From Thraustochytrium aureum (lineage: Eukaryota), in the NCBI GenBank assembly GCA_012862495.1, contig BLSG01000208.1:105439-169438 (forward strand): a stretch of 64,000 bases of DNA. Reading direction: 5' to 3'. Below the pieces are notes generated by a model. That model was not told the DNA's origin. It saw nothing but the letters and a program-made list of their open reading frames with translations, and searched no databases. The position numbers were made by a program, and so were the translations under genes. Within the stretch, counting starts at the first letter, position 1. Each line of letters opens with the position of its first letter. Of the stretch, positions 42,355-56,129 are shown one piece after another.

Positions 42355-44568
42355 TCAGTCGTCCTCTTCCTCCGAGCCCTCCTCGCCAGAGCCATCCTCG
42401 TCCGACTCCTCGTCCGAGTCCTCCTGCAGCTGCTGCACAACCAACTGGGTAATGGGGTTCTTCACGATCTCGTCCGGCACGCCCGTCTGCGCGTGGCTCG
42501 CCGCCCAAGCTGCTGCCGCTTCGGCCGAAACCAAGCCCTCAATGCACAAATGCGAGAGCACCATTGCAAACCCGTCGCGCGCAACGGCTGTCGCGTCGGA
42601 AAGCGCATACTGGTCCGCGTCAAACGTGCGCGCAAACACTGCAAGCCCCGCAAACGCCGCGTCGTGCTGGCCAAAGAGGAAGACGAGCTCAACAGCCGTT
42701 ATCAAGGCCTCCTCCTGCGTCTGGTCAACGCACAGTTTCTCGAGCGTCGGCGCCCACACGTCCAAGCGCGCCTTGGCGCGAGCCACAGCCTGGTCGCGCG
42801 TCGCCGCGCTCTCCACTTGCCGTCCGAGCATGAAAGGCACAGCTGCGTAAACGACCTCTTCAAACGCGCGGTTCTGCGCAAACTTTTGCCCATTCAGCTC
42901 CAGCACAATGTTGTCGTGCTCGATCGGGCTATCCCCCTCGCCGGCCCCGCCGACCAGCTCCGCAACAAACTGCACGAGGCGCGTGTCCTCCGACTCCTCA
43001 CCAAGCGCGCCACCAGGCCCGACCAAACCCCCGTCCTCCTCGTCCTCCTCGTCGTCGATCGCCAAGGGCCCAAGGTCGGCGAACACGCCCTCGCGGGCTT
43101 TCGCGAGCTCCGCGCAGCCGATTCCGCCGCTCGCTGCAGAATACGCAAGGTCGCCTGGAACGCCATCAGAGTCCCGCAGGGCCTCGAAAGCAGACATAGC
43201 CCACGACGGCACGCCGCTCAAGTCGCCAGCACCCGGGTCGCTCGACTTTCGCCACGGACCCCCATCCCGCCAACGCCGACGACAGCCTCGTCGGCGCGCA
43301 CGTCGGCGCAGCCAGCGCTCGTTGCAGTGCTGCGCCGTGCCTTGGCACCTGACTCGGAGCTTGGATCGGCGCGGCCGTCCTGCGCAGCGTCCTCCTCGTC
43401 GGTAAAGTCGCCAAAGTCCGACTCGGCGTCGGCCTGGACGGCCTCCTCGGCCGCGCTCGTGGTGATGCGCGAGAATGGGGCGCAGCGAAAGCCCGCCGCA
43501 ATCGCCACGTTGTAGGAGAGCACGCAACCCCTGGGTACAACAGCGTTTTCCCCAACATACACCCGGTCGCAGAGCACCGCGCCGCTCACGCGAGCCCCGG
43601 CCGAAATGGTGACGTCGCGCCACAAGTACGAGCCCTCCACCTGGGCGCCGGCACCGATGCGGCAGCCTGGGCCGAGCACGCAGTTTTTGACCAGCGCGCC
43701 CTCCTCCACAACCGAGCCCGCGCCGAGCATCGTGTCCTCGCCGATCACGCTCGACCTCGCGATGGAAACGCCGGCATCGCGGTACCGAAACCCGCGCTCA
43801 AACCCGTAGCTCGTCTCCTCCGTGACCCAGTTGGCGTCAGGGACCAACGGGTAGAGCCAGCGCCTGATCACGTCTCGCGAGACCGAGTCGTACGTGCGAA
43901 GGTCGCGCACGCGGCAGGCATAGTCGCTCGCCGAGGTCAGCACGTGCGCGTGGATCCTGTACCCAAGCTCGCGGTTCTGCACTTCGTTCCGAACATAGTC
44001 GCGCCGAAGGTCCTTGTAGTCGTAGTTCTCGGCGATCTGGTTGACCATCTCGGGCGAGCAGATGTCGATCCCGCAGTCGAGCAAGTTGTAGCGGAACTCG
44101 ATCGAGGGGTGCTCTTCCAGCAGCTCGCCGGTCGCCAGTGCGACGGCGCTGGACGCGAGGTTGTTCTCGTACTTTAGCACCTGGCGCGTCTTGCTGTCCA
44201 TCACCACGGCGAGCTCCTCGCCGAGCGGCCTGATGCGGTTGGTCGTTATCTGGTCGACCTGGCTAAATACCATGGTCATGATGTTGTTGCTGCCGCCTTC
44301 TTTCGACTTGCGCCGGGCCTTGTGCGCCTCCAGGATGGGCTTGAGCCGCACGTTCGAGACGGCGTCGCCGCTCATCAGGACAAACGGGTCGGAACGCAAC
44401 CGGTCCATGCTGTCCAGCTCGCGAATCGCGTGGCACGCGTTCGTGGCCCCACCGAACCGCATCACGCTGACTTTGGGCTCGACGCAGTCCTTCCACCGCG
44501 AGGCGTCCAGGTACGCCTGCACCTTGTTGCCCATCCACCCGCAGATCACAAACACCTCCTTCACCCCT
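42355..44568 (-). CDS. EIF2B5: Translation initiation factor eIF2B epsilon subunit (N-terminus in or beyond gap)
   Basis: GVKEVFVIC, FVLMSGDAVSN, LLDCGIDICSP, YDSVSRDVIRRWLYPLVPD, hexapeptide (LbH) repeats, W2 domain DNIVLELNGQKFAQN, acidic tail; indel near 43250. Confidence 0.9.
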
Positions 44569-45289
44569 NNNNNNNNNNNNNNNNNNNNNNNNNNNNNNNN
44601 NNNNNNNNNNNNNNNNNNNNNNNNNNNNNNNNNNNNNNNNNNNNNNNNNNNNNNNNNNNNNNNNNNNNNNNNNNNNNNNNNNNNNNNNNNNNNNNNNNNN
44701 NNNNNNNNNNNNNNNNNNNNNNNNNNNNNNNNNNNNNNNNNNNNNNNNNNNNNNNNNNNNNNNNNNNNNNNNNNNNNNNNNNNNNNNNNNNNNNNNNNNN
44801 NNNNNNNNNNNNNNGCGCCCCATCCCGCGCGCAGCTGCGCCCCGAGCACCGCACGCTCCCTGGCGTCCGTCCGCGTCGGTCCTCCACCCCTCAGCACGAG
44901 ATCGCTTGCCACACGCGGCCAGGCGACAGCGAAGCGCGCCAGGACCAGCGTATCGGCGGCCCTCGCGACGGAAAGGACCTGCAAGCCAGCGCCCACCGCA
45001 GCGTCTGCAGCAGCTCGCGAGCTCCTGGAGCCCCTGGCGCACGCGAGCCCAATGCCCGTACGGCTCTGCCGCGCGCCTGCCACAGCTTTCTCCGCCTCTT
45101 GCCTCGTCACAGGCAGGGCCCGGTCGACGTAGACGTAGATCGATCCTCGAACGAGCTCGATCGATCAATCTTGATCGATCAATCAATGCGACATCGTGCC
45201 TGACAGACTGCGCTGCCGGCGCCGCGTTCCACGCCAGCCTCGCCAGTGTCTCTCTCTCTCTCTCTCTCCGCCGCCAGCGCGCGGCGGTC

Positions 45290-46615
45290 ATGTCTCTTCG
45301 CGCCCGGCTGGCCGTGGCAGCCGACCTCGCTCGGCCCGCGTCTGCGCGCTGCGCGTTGGACGAGTGCCTGGCAGCTGTTGACGCGCGAGACGCGTCGCTG
45401 CGGGTTTTCACCGAGCGCGAGCCAGCAAGCCGCGGGCAACCCGCCGCGGACGGGGCCGCGCGAACCATGCCGGCGCGAGGCGCGCTGAATGGGTGGACCT
45501 TTACAAGCAAGGACATGTTCGCCTGCAAAGGCCTGCGCACCAGGTACGGCTGCGGAGCGTTTGCGGACGCCCAGCCCGACGCGCTCGACGCTGCGGTAGT
45601 TGCGCTGGCGAAAGGCCTCGGCGCAGTACACCTCGGCAAGGTCGCGATGACCGAGTTGGCGCTGTACCAACCTGCGCCAACGAAAAACCCGTTCGACGAG
45701 ACGCGAACAGCAGGTGGCTCGTCGTGCGGCTCGGCCGTCTCGGTCGCCACCGGCATGGCGCACTTTTCGCTGGGAAGCCAGACAGGCGGGTCCGTCATCC
45801 GCCCTGCCTCGTTCAATGGTGTCGTCGGCGTCAAGCCCACATGGAACTCGCTCCCAATGAACGGTGCGCTGTCGATCTGCCCGAGTCTCGACACGATTGG
45901 GCTATTCACGCGAGCCATCGACGACGCAGCAGTGGTTCTCGGGGCCATGACCGGTCAGGCCGTGGCAAGGCCCAAGGCACTTGGGCCTGGCACACGGGTC
46001 GGCGTGTTCTCTGCGCGTTCGACGCACTACATTGGCGACGCGGACGCCTGCTCGAACGCGCTTGTCGATTGCGTGACGCAGCGTTTGGCGCGCGCAGGGG
46101 TCGAAGTGGTTGAGCTTGCATTTCCGCCCAGCTTTGACGCAGCCCTAGCGACGGCGCTTGCGCAGCACGACTCTGCCCGCAGCTTTCAGCACCTGGCGGG
46201 GTCGCCCGAGGCGTGGGCAGCGGTTTCTGCGCCGCTGCGAGCCAAGCTCGAAGAGTGGAAGGTTTCGGTCAGCGCAGAGCGGTACCGAGACGCTTGCGCC
46301 ATGGCGAAAGCCGCGACGGCCGAGATGCAGGCCTTCTTTGACGGCAACACCACAAGAGTCGACTTTGTGTTGGCCCCCAGCGCACGTGGCGTAGCCCCGC
46401 CCCTGGCGGAATGCCTCGGCTCGGACTACCCCAGCGGCGATCCTTGGATCAACTCGGCGTTCACCATGTTTGGGAACCCGTGCGTGTCGCTTCCGGTCGG
46501 CACAGCTGAGGGCATGCCCCTTGGCGTGCAACTGGTTGGCCAGGTCCACCACGACATGGATTTGCTCGCCCAGGCCCAGGCGCTCGTCGGCCTGCTCGAT
46601 GGGCCGGGCGAGTAG
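45290..46615 (+). CDS. Amidase signature family enzyme
   Basis: SKD...GGSSCGSAVSV...GSQTGGSVIRPASFNGVVGVKPT (Lys-cisSer-Ser triad region); PLGVQLVG. Confidence 0.9.
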   Translation: MSLRARLAVAADLARPASARCALDECLAAVDARDASLRVFTEREPASRGQPAADGAARTMPARGALNGWTFTSKDMFACKGLRTRYGCGAFADAQPDALDAAVVALAKGLGAVHLGKVAMTELALYQPAPTKNPFDETRTAGGSSCGSAVSVATGMAHFSLGSQTGGSVIRPASFNGVVGVKPTWNSLPMNGALSICPSLDTIGLFTRAIDDAAVVLGAMTGQAVARPKALGPGTRVGVFSARSTHYIGDADACSNALVDCVTQRLARAGVEVVELAFPPSFDAALATALAQHDSARSFQHLAGSPEAWAAVSAPLRAKLEEWKVSVSAERYRDACAMAKAATAEMQAFFDGNTTRVDFVLAPSARGVAPPLAECLGSDYPSGDPWINSAFTMFGNPCVSLPVGTAEGMPLGVQLVGQVHHDMDLLAQAQALVGLLDGPGE

Positions 46616-46871
46616 CCTCGCCGGCCAGGCTGCGAGCCATAATTCGCAACGGCATATAAAGAGCACGCCTGGCGAGGGTGGCGAGGGTCTCGAGATCCTA
46701 GTACCATAGAAAAACTCGCATTGAGGGACAGGAGCTGACAGTGACAGAGGCCGGTACAGTTGCAATTCTCTAAATCTATACTCCATGGCCGCCCGTAGGG
46801 GGGCGCGGGCGGCCATTCGCGCGCAAGAAAGTTGCCGTCTCGAAGCGAAGGCACTGGCAAATACGTGCAAA

Positions 46872-48371
46872 TCAGAACGAGGCCATGTAAAAGGTGGTGC
46901 GGCCCATGGTCGGCAATTGGCTCCCGGCGTACGGTTGCACGCGCGTGGCCACCTGCTCGAAGAGCGAGTGCGAGTACTTTTCAAACACGGCCTTCTGCAC
47001 TGAGCCCCTCTTCCACGCCACGTCGTGAAGGTCAAAGAGCTTGCGAATAACCTGCGCTAGGTTCTCGCCAGTGTACCCTGTGTAGTGGCGCAGGTTTGGG
47101 GTCCACACGTCCATGTCGTTGAAGAAGCTGACACTCTGCACGCTAAACGTGTTTCCCGAGTCGCTGGCGTACACGGTGAGCCGGGCCAGGTACACCGAGG
47201 CAGCGGCGATTTGGTCTGCGGGCACGGACACCATGTCATAGCTGACCAGGGAGAGCTCGGCGAGGTAGTTGCTGAGGTGCTTTTCGAGGCTGGTCGTGTA
47301 CGCAGCACGCTGGAAGCGCCGCAAGAAGGTCTTGGCGGTGGAAACCGTGAGCTTGTAGTCTAGGTCGCTGAGGATAGCGCTTTCCATCTTGAGCACGTCG
47401 GCGCGCGAGTACGAGTTGTCCGAGATGAGCACAAACTCGTCGATCTGCGGGGCGAACTGCTCCTCGTACTTGGCAGCAAGCAGCAGACAAGCACAGCCGA
47501 CGAGCTGGAGCTGCTGCTTGGCCACGCGACGCTTCGAGAGCACGCGGTCCAGGTAGTTGATGCACAGGTAGAGCGTGTCCGAGAGGAGCATGTACTCCTC
47601 GGCCACCTCGACGAGCCAGTCCACGAGCACGCTGCGCATATTGGGCGTCACGCGGTTGTGCAGCGGGCCCGAGCGCTGAACCTGGGCCATGTAGTCTTGG
47701 TCTATCGGGTGTTTGTACTGCAGCGACCGCAGGTACGAATAGATATCTTTGACGTACGTGCGGCAGTACAACGGGTCTGTCGGGTGCCGCATGTCAATAT
47801 CCTCTACGTCTTCCGGCACTTTGCTCGTGTTCAGTCCCCGTGGGCAGCCAGGACCCGCCTTGACCCAAACGCCCTCGCCAAACCAGGGCTGGTTGTCGTC
47901 CTGATTTTCTTGTTTTCATGCGAGGCGCTCGGATCTGTCTCGACCCGGTCGCCCGCACTGCCCCGCTGCCGCCCGCTGCGGCTCCCGCGTCGTGCTGCGC
48001 CGCCTGTTGCCGTTGGCGAAACGACGCTGAGCGGGACGCGCTCGGGTTCTGGCGTACCGTCGCCACCGGCGTGGCCATGGGCGTCCGGCGACGCCGAAGA
48101 CTCGGAGGCGCTGTCGCGCGAGCTCCCGTCTCGTAGCTTTCGCTTTCGAGACAAGCTCCCTGTCGAGGCGCTGTTGGTGCTTGCCCTCCGGGCGGGCGTG
48201 TGTCGGACTTGGGTTGCCGCCGCGTGCTGCGGCGCGTTGGGTTCTGTTTCGGCACCAGCACGTTGACCTTCGCGCCGCGGTCCACGCCACGCCGTTTGCG
48301 AATCAGGTCCTTGCTGCCGCTTCTCTCCCTGGCTTGCTCTCCTGGGCCGTTGCTGCTCGCTGCAGAGGTGC
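46872..48371 (-). CDS. A-type cyclin (5' end in gap)
   Basis: Cyclin box MRSVLVDWLVEVAEEY, LQLVGCACLLLAAKYEE, TFLRRF, YLAELSL; low-complexity N-terminus with an indel near 47830. Confidence 0.9.
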
Positions 48372-50406
48372 NNNNNNNNNNNNNNNNNNNNNNNNNNNNN
48401 NNNNNNNNNNNNNNNNNNNNNNNNNNNNNNNNNNNNNNNNNNNNNNNNNNNNNNNNNNNNNNNNNNNNNNNNNNNNNNNNNNNNNNNNNNNNNNNNNNNN
48501 NNNNNNNNNNNNNNNNNNNNNNNNNNNNNNNNNNNNNNNNNNNNNNNNNNNNNNNNNNNNNNNNNNNNNNNNNNNNNNNNNNNNNNNNNNNNNNNNNNNN
48601 NNNNNNNNNNNNNNNNNNNNNNNNNNNNNNNNNNNNNNNNNNNNNNNNNNNNNNNNNNNNNNNNNNNNNNNNNNNNNNNNNNNNNNNNNNNNNNNNNNNN
48701 NNNNNNNNNNNNNNNNNNNNNNNNNNNNNNNNNNNNNNNNNNNNNNNNNNNNNNNNNNNNNNNNNNNNNNNNNNNNNNNNNNNNNNNNNNNNNNNNNNNN
48801 NNNNNNNNNNNNNNNNNNNNNNNNNNNNNNNNNNNNNNNNNNNNNNNNNNNNCCAAGAGGAGGAAGGCGGAGTTTGGCAGTGCGGAGCAGCTCGCCCTCT
48901 GAGTGGCGTTGAACTATCTTGTGGTTTGTAGTGAGGCGTTGGGCTCCGCCACCTGGGCTGGATGTGAGGCGGGATGAGAACCCTGTAAAGTTGTGCAAGC
49001 TGGGAAAAAGGGGCCTGGGCAAAGGAAAAAAACGCGCCCACACATGTACACCCGGGGCAGGCGAGGGCAGCTTTGGTTGCCGCGTTCGACGTCGATGCGC
49101 TCGAGCTTTTCAGAGCTCGGCGAGACCGCCGTCGCAGCGACCGTCAAGAGCAGTAGGAAAGTCCACGAGTACAGTGGTACTCGACTCGAAGGAGACACGC
49201 TCTTGCCAACTCTAGTGTGGATGCCGCATTGCGGGCTCCGATGCGCGCCCTCGCGGCTGGCTTTGTGCGTGGATTGCCGGGCGTGTCACCCTGCCATTGT
49301 TGCGCGCCGGTGGACGAACGACGTTCTCGTTGAAGGCAGGTCTCAGAACCTTGCGAGCTGCGAGACGAGCTGCGAAACTTGCCCGTCTGCAGCTTTCACG
49401 TTCTGCTGACTCGTTCAGCCGCTCTGCGGCGGCACGATTGTGCTGTCGTGGAATTGCCCTGCGTTCTGACTCGAGTTCGCAATCGTCCCTCGGTCGCTGC
49501 ACGAGGCACTAGTAGCCTGTTGATCGTGACACGACCGGGCTTGATTGTACGTATGTAGGCTGTTCGAATGCAGGCCTAATCTCCTGGTGGCTTTGTCTGC
49601 TCTCTGGAACCGTGTTCCCAACTCACCGACACGTGGGCATGGCGCTCGGCGCGCGCCCTGCACAAGTCGTTGAAAGAGCATCGACCGAGAAACGCTCACT
49701 CTGCTTGATCGACGGATGAGAGCGCACATGGTGTGCCGATCGACGGCCGATCACGAGCAGCTACCTGCGATCACCAGCATGCGACCACGAGCTTCTTGCA
49801 AGCCACCCACCCGCCAAATCGATCTCGCCCAAGCAGACCGCCACCCAAGGGCAGCGTCGCAGTTGACATGCGCCTCCGTGGCACCAACTCGAGCTGGTGC
49901 GTTGCGTTGAGTTGACTTGAGTCGCCCTCTCTAGAGGCTAGCGTCCCGCCCGCCCGAGCTCGTCACTGCAGCGCCCCCACGGTGGGCACCAGCTTGCTGC
50001 ACTCTGTGCAGCTCGCACGTGGACCTGAGCCCGCCACTCTCCACCCTCGCGGCGAGCGAGGCAGCCCGAGGACGAGCCCGCCCGCCGCCATCTGGGCCAG
50101 AAAACGGAAATGGCGCCGTTTCTGCTGCGCTCGAGCAACGAGCACTCGAGCAGACCCTGAGAGAGTGGTGGCGACGGCAGCCCACTTTTGGGCGCCCCTC
50201 GCGCTGCACCGCCCCAAGAGCGGTCCGTGGCACTGGCCGCTGCTGGGCTCAGCCCTTCGCGCGCGAGCGCGGGCTCCGAGATGGGCGAGCGGCGGACTCC
50301 GCGAGCGNNNNNNNNNNNNNNNNNNNNNNNNNNNNNNNNNNNNNNNNNNNNNNNNNNNNNNNNNNNNNNNNNNNNNNNNNNNNNNNNNNNNNNNNNNNNN
50401 NNCGCA

Positions 50407-53400
50407 ATGGATGCAAAAGTTTATGGCGCTCCTGGGAAGGACTTGCTGGTGCTGCTGCGGAGGCCAGCGCAGTCTTTGTTTGTGCTGCTCTTGCCGACTT
50501 TGAGCGTCCTGGTCATGGTGGTGATTAACGAGACCGAGTTCGTCCTGACCAAGCCGAAGGACGGCTTTGGCGGCTGCGGGGGGCCCTACAACGCAGAGAG
50601 CGCATACTACTTGCGTGTCAACGCATTCGCGCCAGCCATCCTCGGCATAGGCCCCGCCGTCGCCGCCTTCCTCTTGGTGATCACGCTGAACGAGGACGGC
50701 AGGACAGGACTCGCCAACATGATGTGCAGCGACCGCAAAATCCTCCTCGCGTTTTGGGCCGCTTGGTGGGTCGTCGTGTTCGGCTGTAGCTTTCTCAACT
50801 CGCTCCTGGCTGCGGCCATTGCCGGCGCAACGAATGACCACGTCTTTCGCGGCGTCTCGTTCTCGGCAACCTTTGGGCTTTTGCTCTTCTATCAGGCCGG
50901 CTGCTTCGCGAGCACCGCCATGTTTGTCCAAGTGACGCGCGGCTTCGTGGGCAAGCAACGCGACCTCGTAATGTTGTTTTTGATCGTGGCGTTGGCTTAC
51001 GTCTTGGCCGGCGCTTGCGCGGTCTTCTCTTCGAAAAACCCGAGCATGCTTGTCGCACACAACACGACTGCAAACATGTGCGTCGCCACGGCGATTAATG
51101 AGCAAGACGTCCTGGCGTGCGTAGAGTTCCACCAATGCACCGTTCCGCTAATCCTCCCGAACGAGGGCGAGCCCTACCGAGGTTGCTGGTACGAAGCTTC
51201 TGTTATCGACCGCCTCTGGTCGCCGACAAACTTTGCCGAGTACTTGCTCCTCATCGTGCTGGCCACGATCCCCACGTTTTACCTAGCCACCGGCCTCAAC
51301 AGCTTCGTCACCGCCCGCTCACTGAACGATGGTTTCTTTTCGGCGGCCCTCGGCCGGGCGAGTCTGACAAACTTGATCACCAAAATGGTAGGCTCTTCCT
51401 CCAGCGTGGCTCTGGCCAAGGCAGGTGTTAACGACACCGACCAGCTCGTCGTGCGGGCGCAACAATTCACAAGCCCCAAGTACGGCACCTGCGCTGGCGG
51501 CTTGGCCTACGCTGTCCTGTCCACCGACGACATTATCAACGACAGGCCGCCGAGCTTTAGCGCGACCTTGGGCTTCCTCGTGCTTCTCACCGCCCTCATG
51601 GGCATGGCGGGGCTCCTGGCGAGCTTGCTCCGCCTTCGCCGAGCCCCAACGTGCGCGAACAAGCTTGCCCCGCAACAGGGCTCGGACATCGACGCTGACG
51701 CACAACATGCGCCCGAGCTGTGCATTCGCAATCTTAGCAAGACGTTCAAAGGCTGCGTCAAGCCTGCGCTTGATGACGTCACGCTCGAGCTCCGCGCGGG
51801 CGCTGTGGTCTGCCTCGGTGGAAGGAATGGCGCTGGAAAAAGCGTCCTTCTAAATATCATCTCCGGCCTCGAAACGCCTTCCTCTGGGTCGATCTGCACT
51901 CGAGGCGGGACTGGTGTGGTTGGCGTCTGCCAGCAGAGCGACGTCCTGATGAACGAGCTCACGCCCGAAGAGCACCTGAGACTCTGGGCTCGCTTGCGGG
52001 GCGTGGAACGGGCCCGCGTTCGCGCTCTCGTGGACGAGTGGCTTCGGGACCTGAACCTGGCCCACGTTCGCCACTTCTCGGTCGCCGCTCTGCCGGGCGG
52101 CATGAAGCGGCGGCTCTCGGTGGCGCTCGCGACTATTGGCACTGATGGAGGCTATGTTTTCTTGGACGAGCCCAACTCCGGAATCGACCCCGTCAATCGC
52201 CGCTACATTTGGAAGCACATTGACAACATCAAGGCCAACCGCGTCATCGTCTTCTCCTCGCACGCTATGGAAGAGGCAGAGGTTTTGGCGGACCGAATCG
52301 TTCTGCTGGACAAAGGACGCATTGTGGCTGACGCCAGCCCGCTTGAACTCAAGCTCGTCCATGGCGACATGCTCCAGCTCACGCTGGATTGCAGTCCTGC
52401 CAAGTTTGCCAGTGTCTGCGACGTTCTCGAAAGCCAGTTCAAGCCGCGCTTTGTCCAGCACAGCTTTACCATTCGCTCGCTGGCCACTGGTCGCATCAGC
52501 GTGAGCATCAATCCCAAGGGCGGGAAGACGACTCCCGAGGGCATGGAGGTTGCGACGGGCACTTCATCGGCGACCGGGCCTTCACTCGAGCAAGCATCTC
52601 GCGGAAACGAGGCCCGGGACGGCCCGGCCCAACCGACGTGCGAAGGGGGCTCCCAAGCTCTGCACAGCACAGTCACGTCAACAACCGTTGTCGATCAAGT
52701 GGGCGAGTCTGAAGACGCCCCCATGCAGGCAGACTTGGCTGGTGCGCAGCACCTCAGCGGCGCGTCAAACGCCGACGCCGCGCAGGTCGCAGCTGTCCAA
52801 GAGCCTCAAACTGTGACGGCTCCAGTTGAAAAACGGGGGGCCTTGACTGAGGTTGCACAGCCAGAACCACCTCAGCTCGGGACGTTCGTCGATGCTCTCA
52901 GAGACATGCTTGACTGGATTCAGTCTCCTGACTCGCACGTCGATGAGTTTGGCGTCAGCAACACGACGCTTGACGAGGTCTTCTTGAGCATTCTGGGAAC
53001 GAGCGAATCGCTCGACGCCGCTCCCGACGCAGCGCGTCGGGGGCAGCACAGCAGCACAGCCAGCAGCGCCGGCAGAAGCAGCAGCAGCTCCGGATGCAGC
53101 AGGCCGGGTGCTCCGGTCGAACAGGGGCGAACTGCGTTGCATACGATTCCATCGGGTGATCATTCCCCCAAAGAAACCACGGACGAGCAGGCCCAAGCAG
53201 TGGAGGGGCATGGCGAGGATGAAGGCGAAGCAGCGGGCGGGCGCGACCCAGACAATGGACAACGCGCTGGCGAAGAGGCGGAAGGGCGCGCGAGTGAAGG
53301 GAATCCTGTCTGCGCAGAGGACGAGCGCGTTGACATCAACCGCCCTCCACTGCCGATCCCGTTTTCGCCAACACTCGTTGCACGGCGACGAGCAATGATG

Positions 53401-56015
53401 AACCCGCGGCTCGCCAAGACCAGCCGAAGCTCGGTAATCACCAGCACCTTTGCGCTGAGCAGTGAGTCAGAGCGAAGCGCGCTGGAAGCGCTCTCCGACC
53501 AATCAAGGCACCTCGGCGGCGTTTCGCTCTGGGCCGCTCAGGTGGGCACCTTGTTGAAGGTGAACCTCCGCTCGCGCGTGTTGAGCAGCAGAGTTTTGAC
53601 AGAGTGGCTCGTCGCGGTCCTATTTATTGTCGGGCTGATCGTCGTCGACGCGACCACACGCGAAGTACCATCGGACGCACTCGCCGCAACCGCAGTGATT
53701 TCGTTCCTGGGACTCCTCCTGCTCCCAACTCTTGTGCGCGACGTGAATGGCGGACACCTGCAGGCCCTCCGCGTCCACCGCTGCACGTTTGCGGCGTTTG
53801 TTACCGCGGAGGCGGTGATGTGCGTCACGCCCTTGTTTATCGCATTTCTGGTCCCGCTCTCTACCCTGTATGCCCTCGCGCATTCTTCAGACTCGCACGA
53901 CGACCCAGAGTACCTTCGCTGCTACGTCGATAACGCGCTACCTGCGTGTGCCTGGTGTCCGCTTTTTCAATCAGCAACGCGCAGCAGTCTCGAATTGACC
54001 AACTCATGCCAGAGTCAATCGGCCAGCTGGACACAGCTTACGAGCTGTCGAATTCCACGTTGAGCTTTGGTTTTCTGGTCTGTGTGAGCCTCCTTGGCTC
54101 GTTCGGGATGGCTGGCCTGCTTTTTGGCCTCGCGTCCTTCTTCACGCGTGCCCGCTCTGCAGCGCTGCTCGGCGGAACGGTCCTGGTGCTTTTGGGCCTC
54201 GCAGTCCCTTACGTTGCGTACCGAAACGCCTCTGCGCTGGAATACGCCCTCCCGCCAAGCATGTCGTGCACAGTAAAAGCGTCTCCCTTTCGCCCGAACA
54301 CGCGCGAGGCCCCTGTCGTGCAAATCTTCTCGCCCGACCTCACGTGCATCGCGCGAACGTTCGTCGCCGAGCCAGCAGGCATCGCGGTCGTCCTCCCCGT
54401 AGGGATTTTCTTTGGGATCGTGTCGATACTTTACGGCGTGACCACGTCCGAGCTCGTCTACCAAAGGCCCGGGGCGTCGCTCACGCCAGTGCCCAATTGC
54501 CAGGTTGACAACTCGCTCGTTGCGCGCCAGGCGATGGGCCTGCTCGCGGTCGCTGCAGGGCTCAGCGTGATCTGCGGGCTTGCGTTGGGCAAGGCCAAGA
54601 CATACCCTTGGCCTGGCTTGCTCGCGATGCGCTTGTCCCTTCGNNNNNNNNNNNNNNNNNNNNNNNNNNNNNNNNNNNNNNNNNNNNNNNNNNNNNNNNN
54701 NNNNNNNNNNNNNNNNNNNNNNNNNNNNNNNNNNNNNNNNNNNNNNNNNNNNNNNNNNNNNNNNNNNNNNNNNNNNNNNNNNNNNNNNNNNNNNNNNNNN
54801 NNNNNNNNNNNNNNNNNNNNNNNNNNNNNNNNNNNNNNNNNNNNNNNNNNGACGAAGACACGGATGACCGCCGGCAGGAGCACCCGTGCGTGGCTCGAGA
54901 ACGCGCGCGCGTCGCAGCGGTGCTCGACGAACGCGGCAACGTGCGTAAAGGGCGCGAGGACGACGCCGTTGCAGTCTCCAGCGAGGTGAGCAAGGTATTC
55001 AGAGGGGGCGCGCACTCTGGACCGGTTCTGGCGCTCGACAGCGCCAACCTGCTCGTTGGGCGCGGGGAGATCGTCACCCTGGTGGCTCCTAACGGTGGCG
55101 GCAAGAGCACGTTCGGGAACTGCCTCACCAACCGGTTAGACCTCACATACGGACGCGCTTTGGTAGGTGGCCTCAACGTGCAGACCGAGCTTTCGAGAAT
55201 GTACAGCGAGATGGGCCTCGTGCCGCAAGACTCGTCCGGAGAGTGGTCCAACGTTACTGTGCGGCACCACCTCGAGCTCTGTGTGGGTCTGCGAGGGCTC
55301 AATTGCACGCCGGCGGAGCGCAAGGAGATTGTCGCTGGCGTGCTCTTGCTCTTGGGGCTCACCGAGGAAGCAGACTTGAAGGCCGGCCGCTTGAGCGGCG
55401 GGACTCGGCGGCGGCTAGCGCTTGCAATGGTTCTGGTGGGCACGCCGGCGTTCGCTTTCTTGGACGAGTTTAGTACCGGGCTTGACCCCGTCACGAGACG
55501 GACGAGCTGGGCCTGTATTCAGTATTTTCGAGCCCAGTTTGACTGTTCGGTGATCCTCACCACGCAAAACATGGCCAAGCGGAGCCCTGAGCGACCGAAT
55601 CTTGTTGATGACGCGCGGACGCGTCCGCGCGATCGACTCGCCTCGCGGGCTCAAAGACCGCTTTGGGAACGGGTTCACACTGATTGTTTGCGGAGAGGCG
55701 CACCAACGCAAGGCTGTGTTCGCTTACATCCGCGGCCACGTCTGCGCGCAAGCTGTGTTAGGCAACTGTTTGAACGGCGTCTTGCGCGTGCACTTCCCCC
55801 GCGCAGGGTTTGACCTGGGCAAGGCGCTCGTTGGACTCTTTGCCCCCGAGGCAGGGCAGGCCGGCGTTCGCCATTGGCTCCTCAACCATGCCACGATTGA
55901 GGATGTCTTTATGAACCTAGCCGGAGCCGACGAGGCGCGGCTTGAGGAGATTGGGTACTTGAACGAGCAGGCGCACACAGTTGTGGTCAAGTTGTTGCGG
56001 CATCAGGGGCTGTAG
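50407..56015 (+). CDS. Full-size ABCA-family transporter (TMD-NBD-TMD-NBD)
   Basis: NBD1: GRNGAGKS, LPGGMKRRLSVA, FLDEP, SSHAMEEAE, TTLDEVFL. NBD2: PNGGGKST, LSGGTRRRL, FLDEF, ATIEDVF. Indels near 53965 and 55580; gap 54644-54850; true start may be upstream of gap 50328-50402. Confidence 0.88.
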
Positions 56016-56129
56016 ACTACAACATGGCTGGCAACGTAAACCACAAGAAAATACGCAGGCAATACTCTTGGTCAAACCTATTGTTGCACAGCACCCAGAG
56101 CGCCGAGTCGGCCGTCTCGAGTGCCTCAG

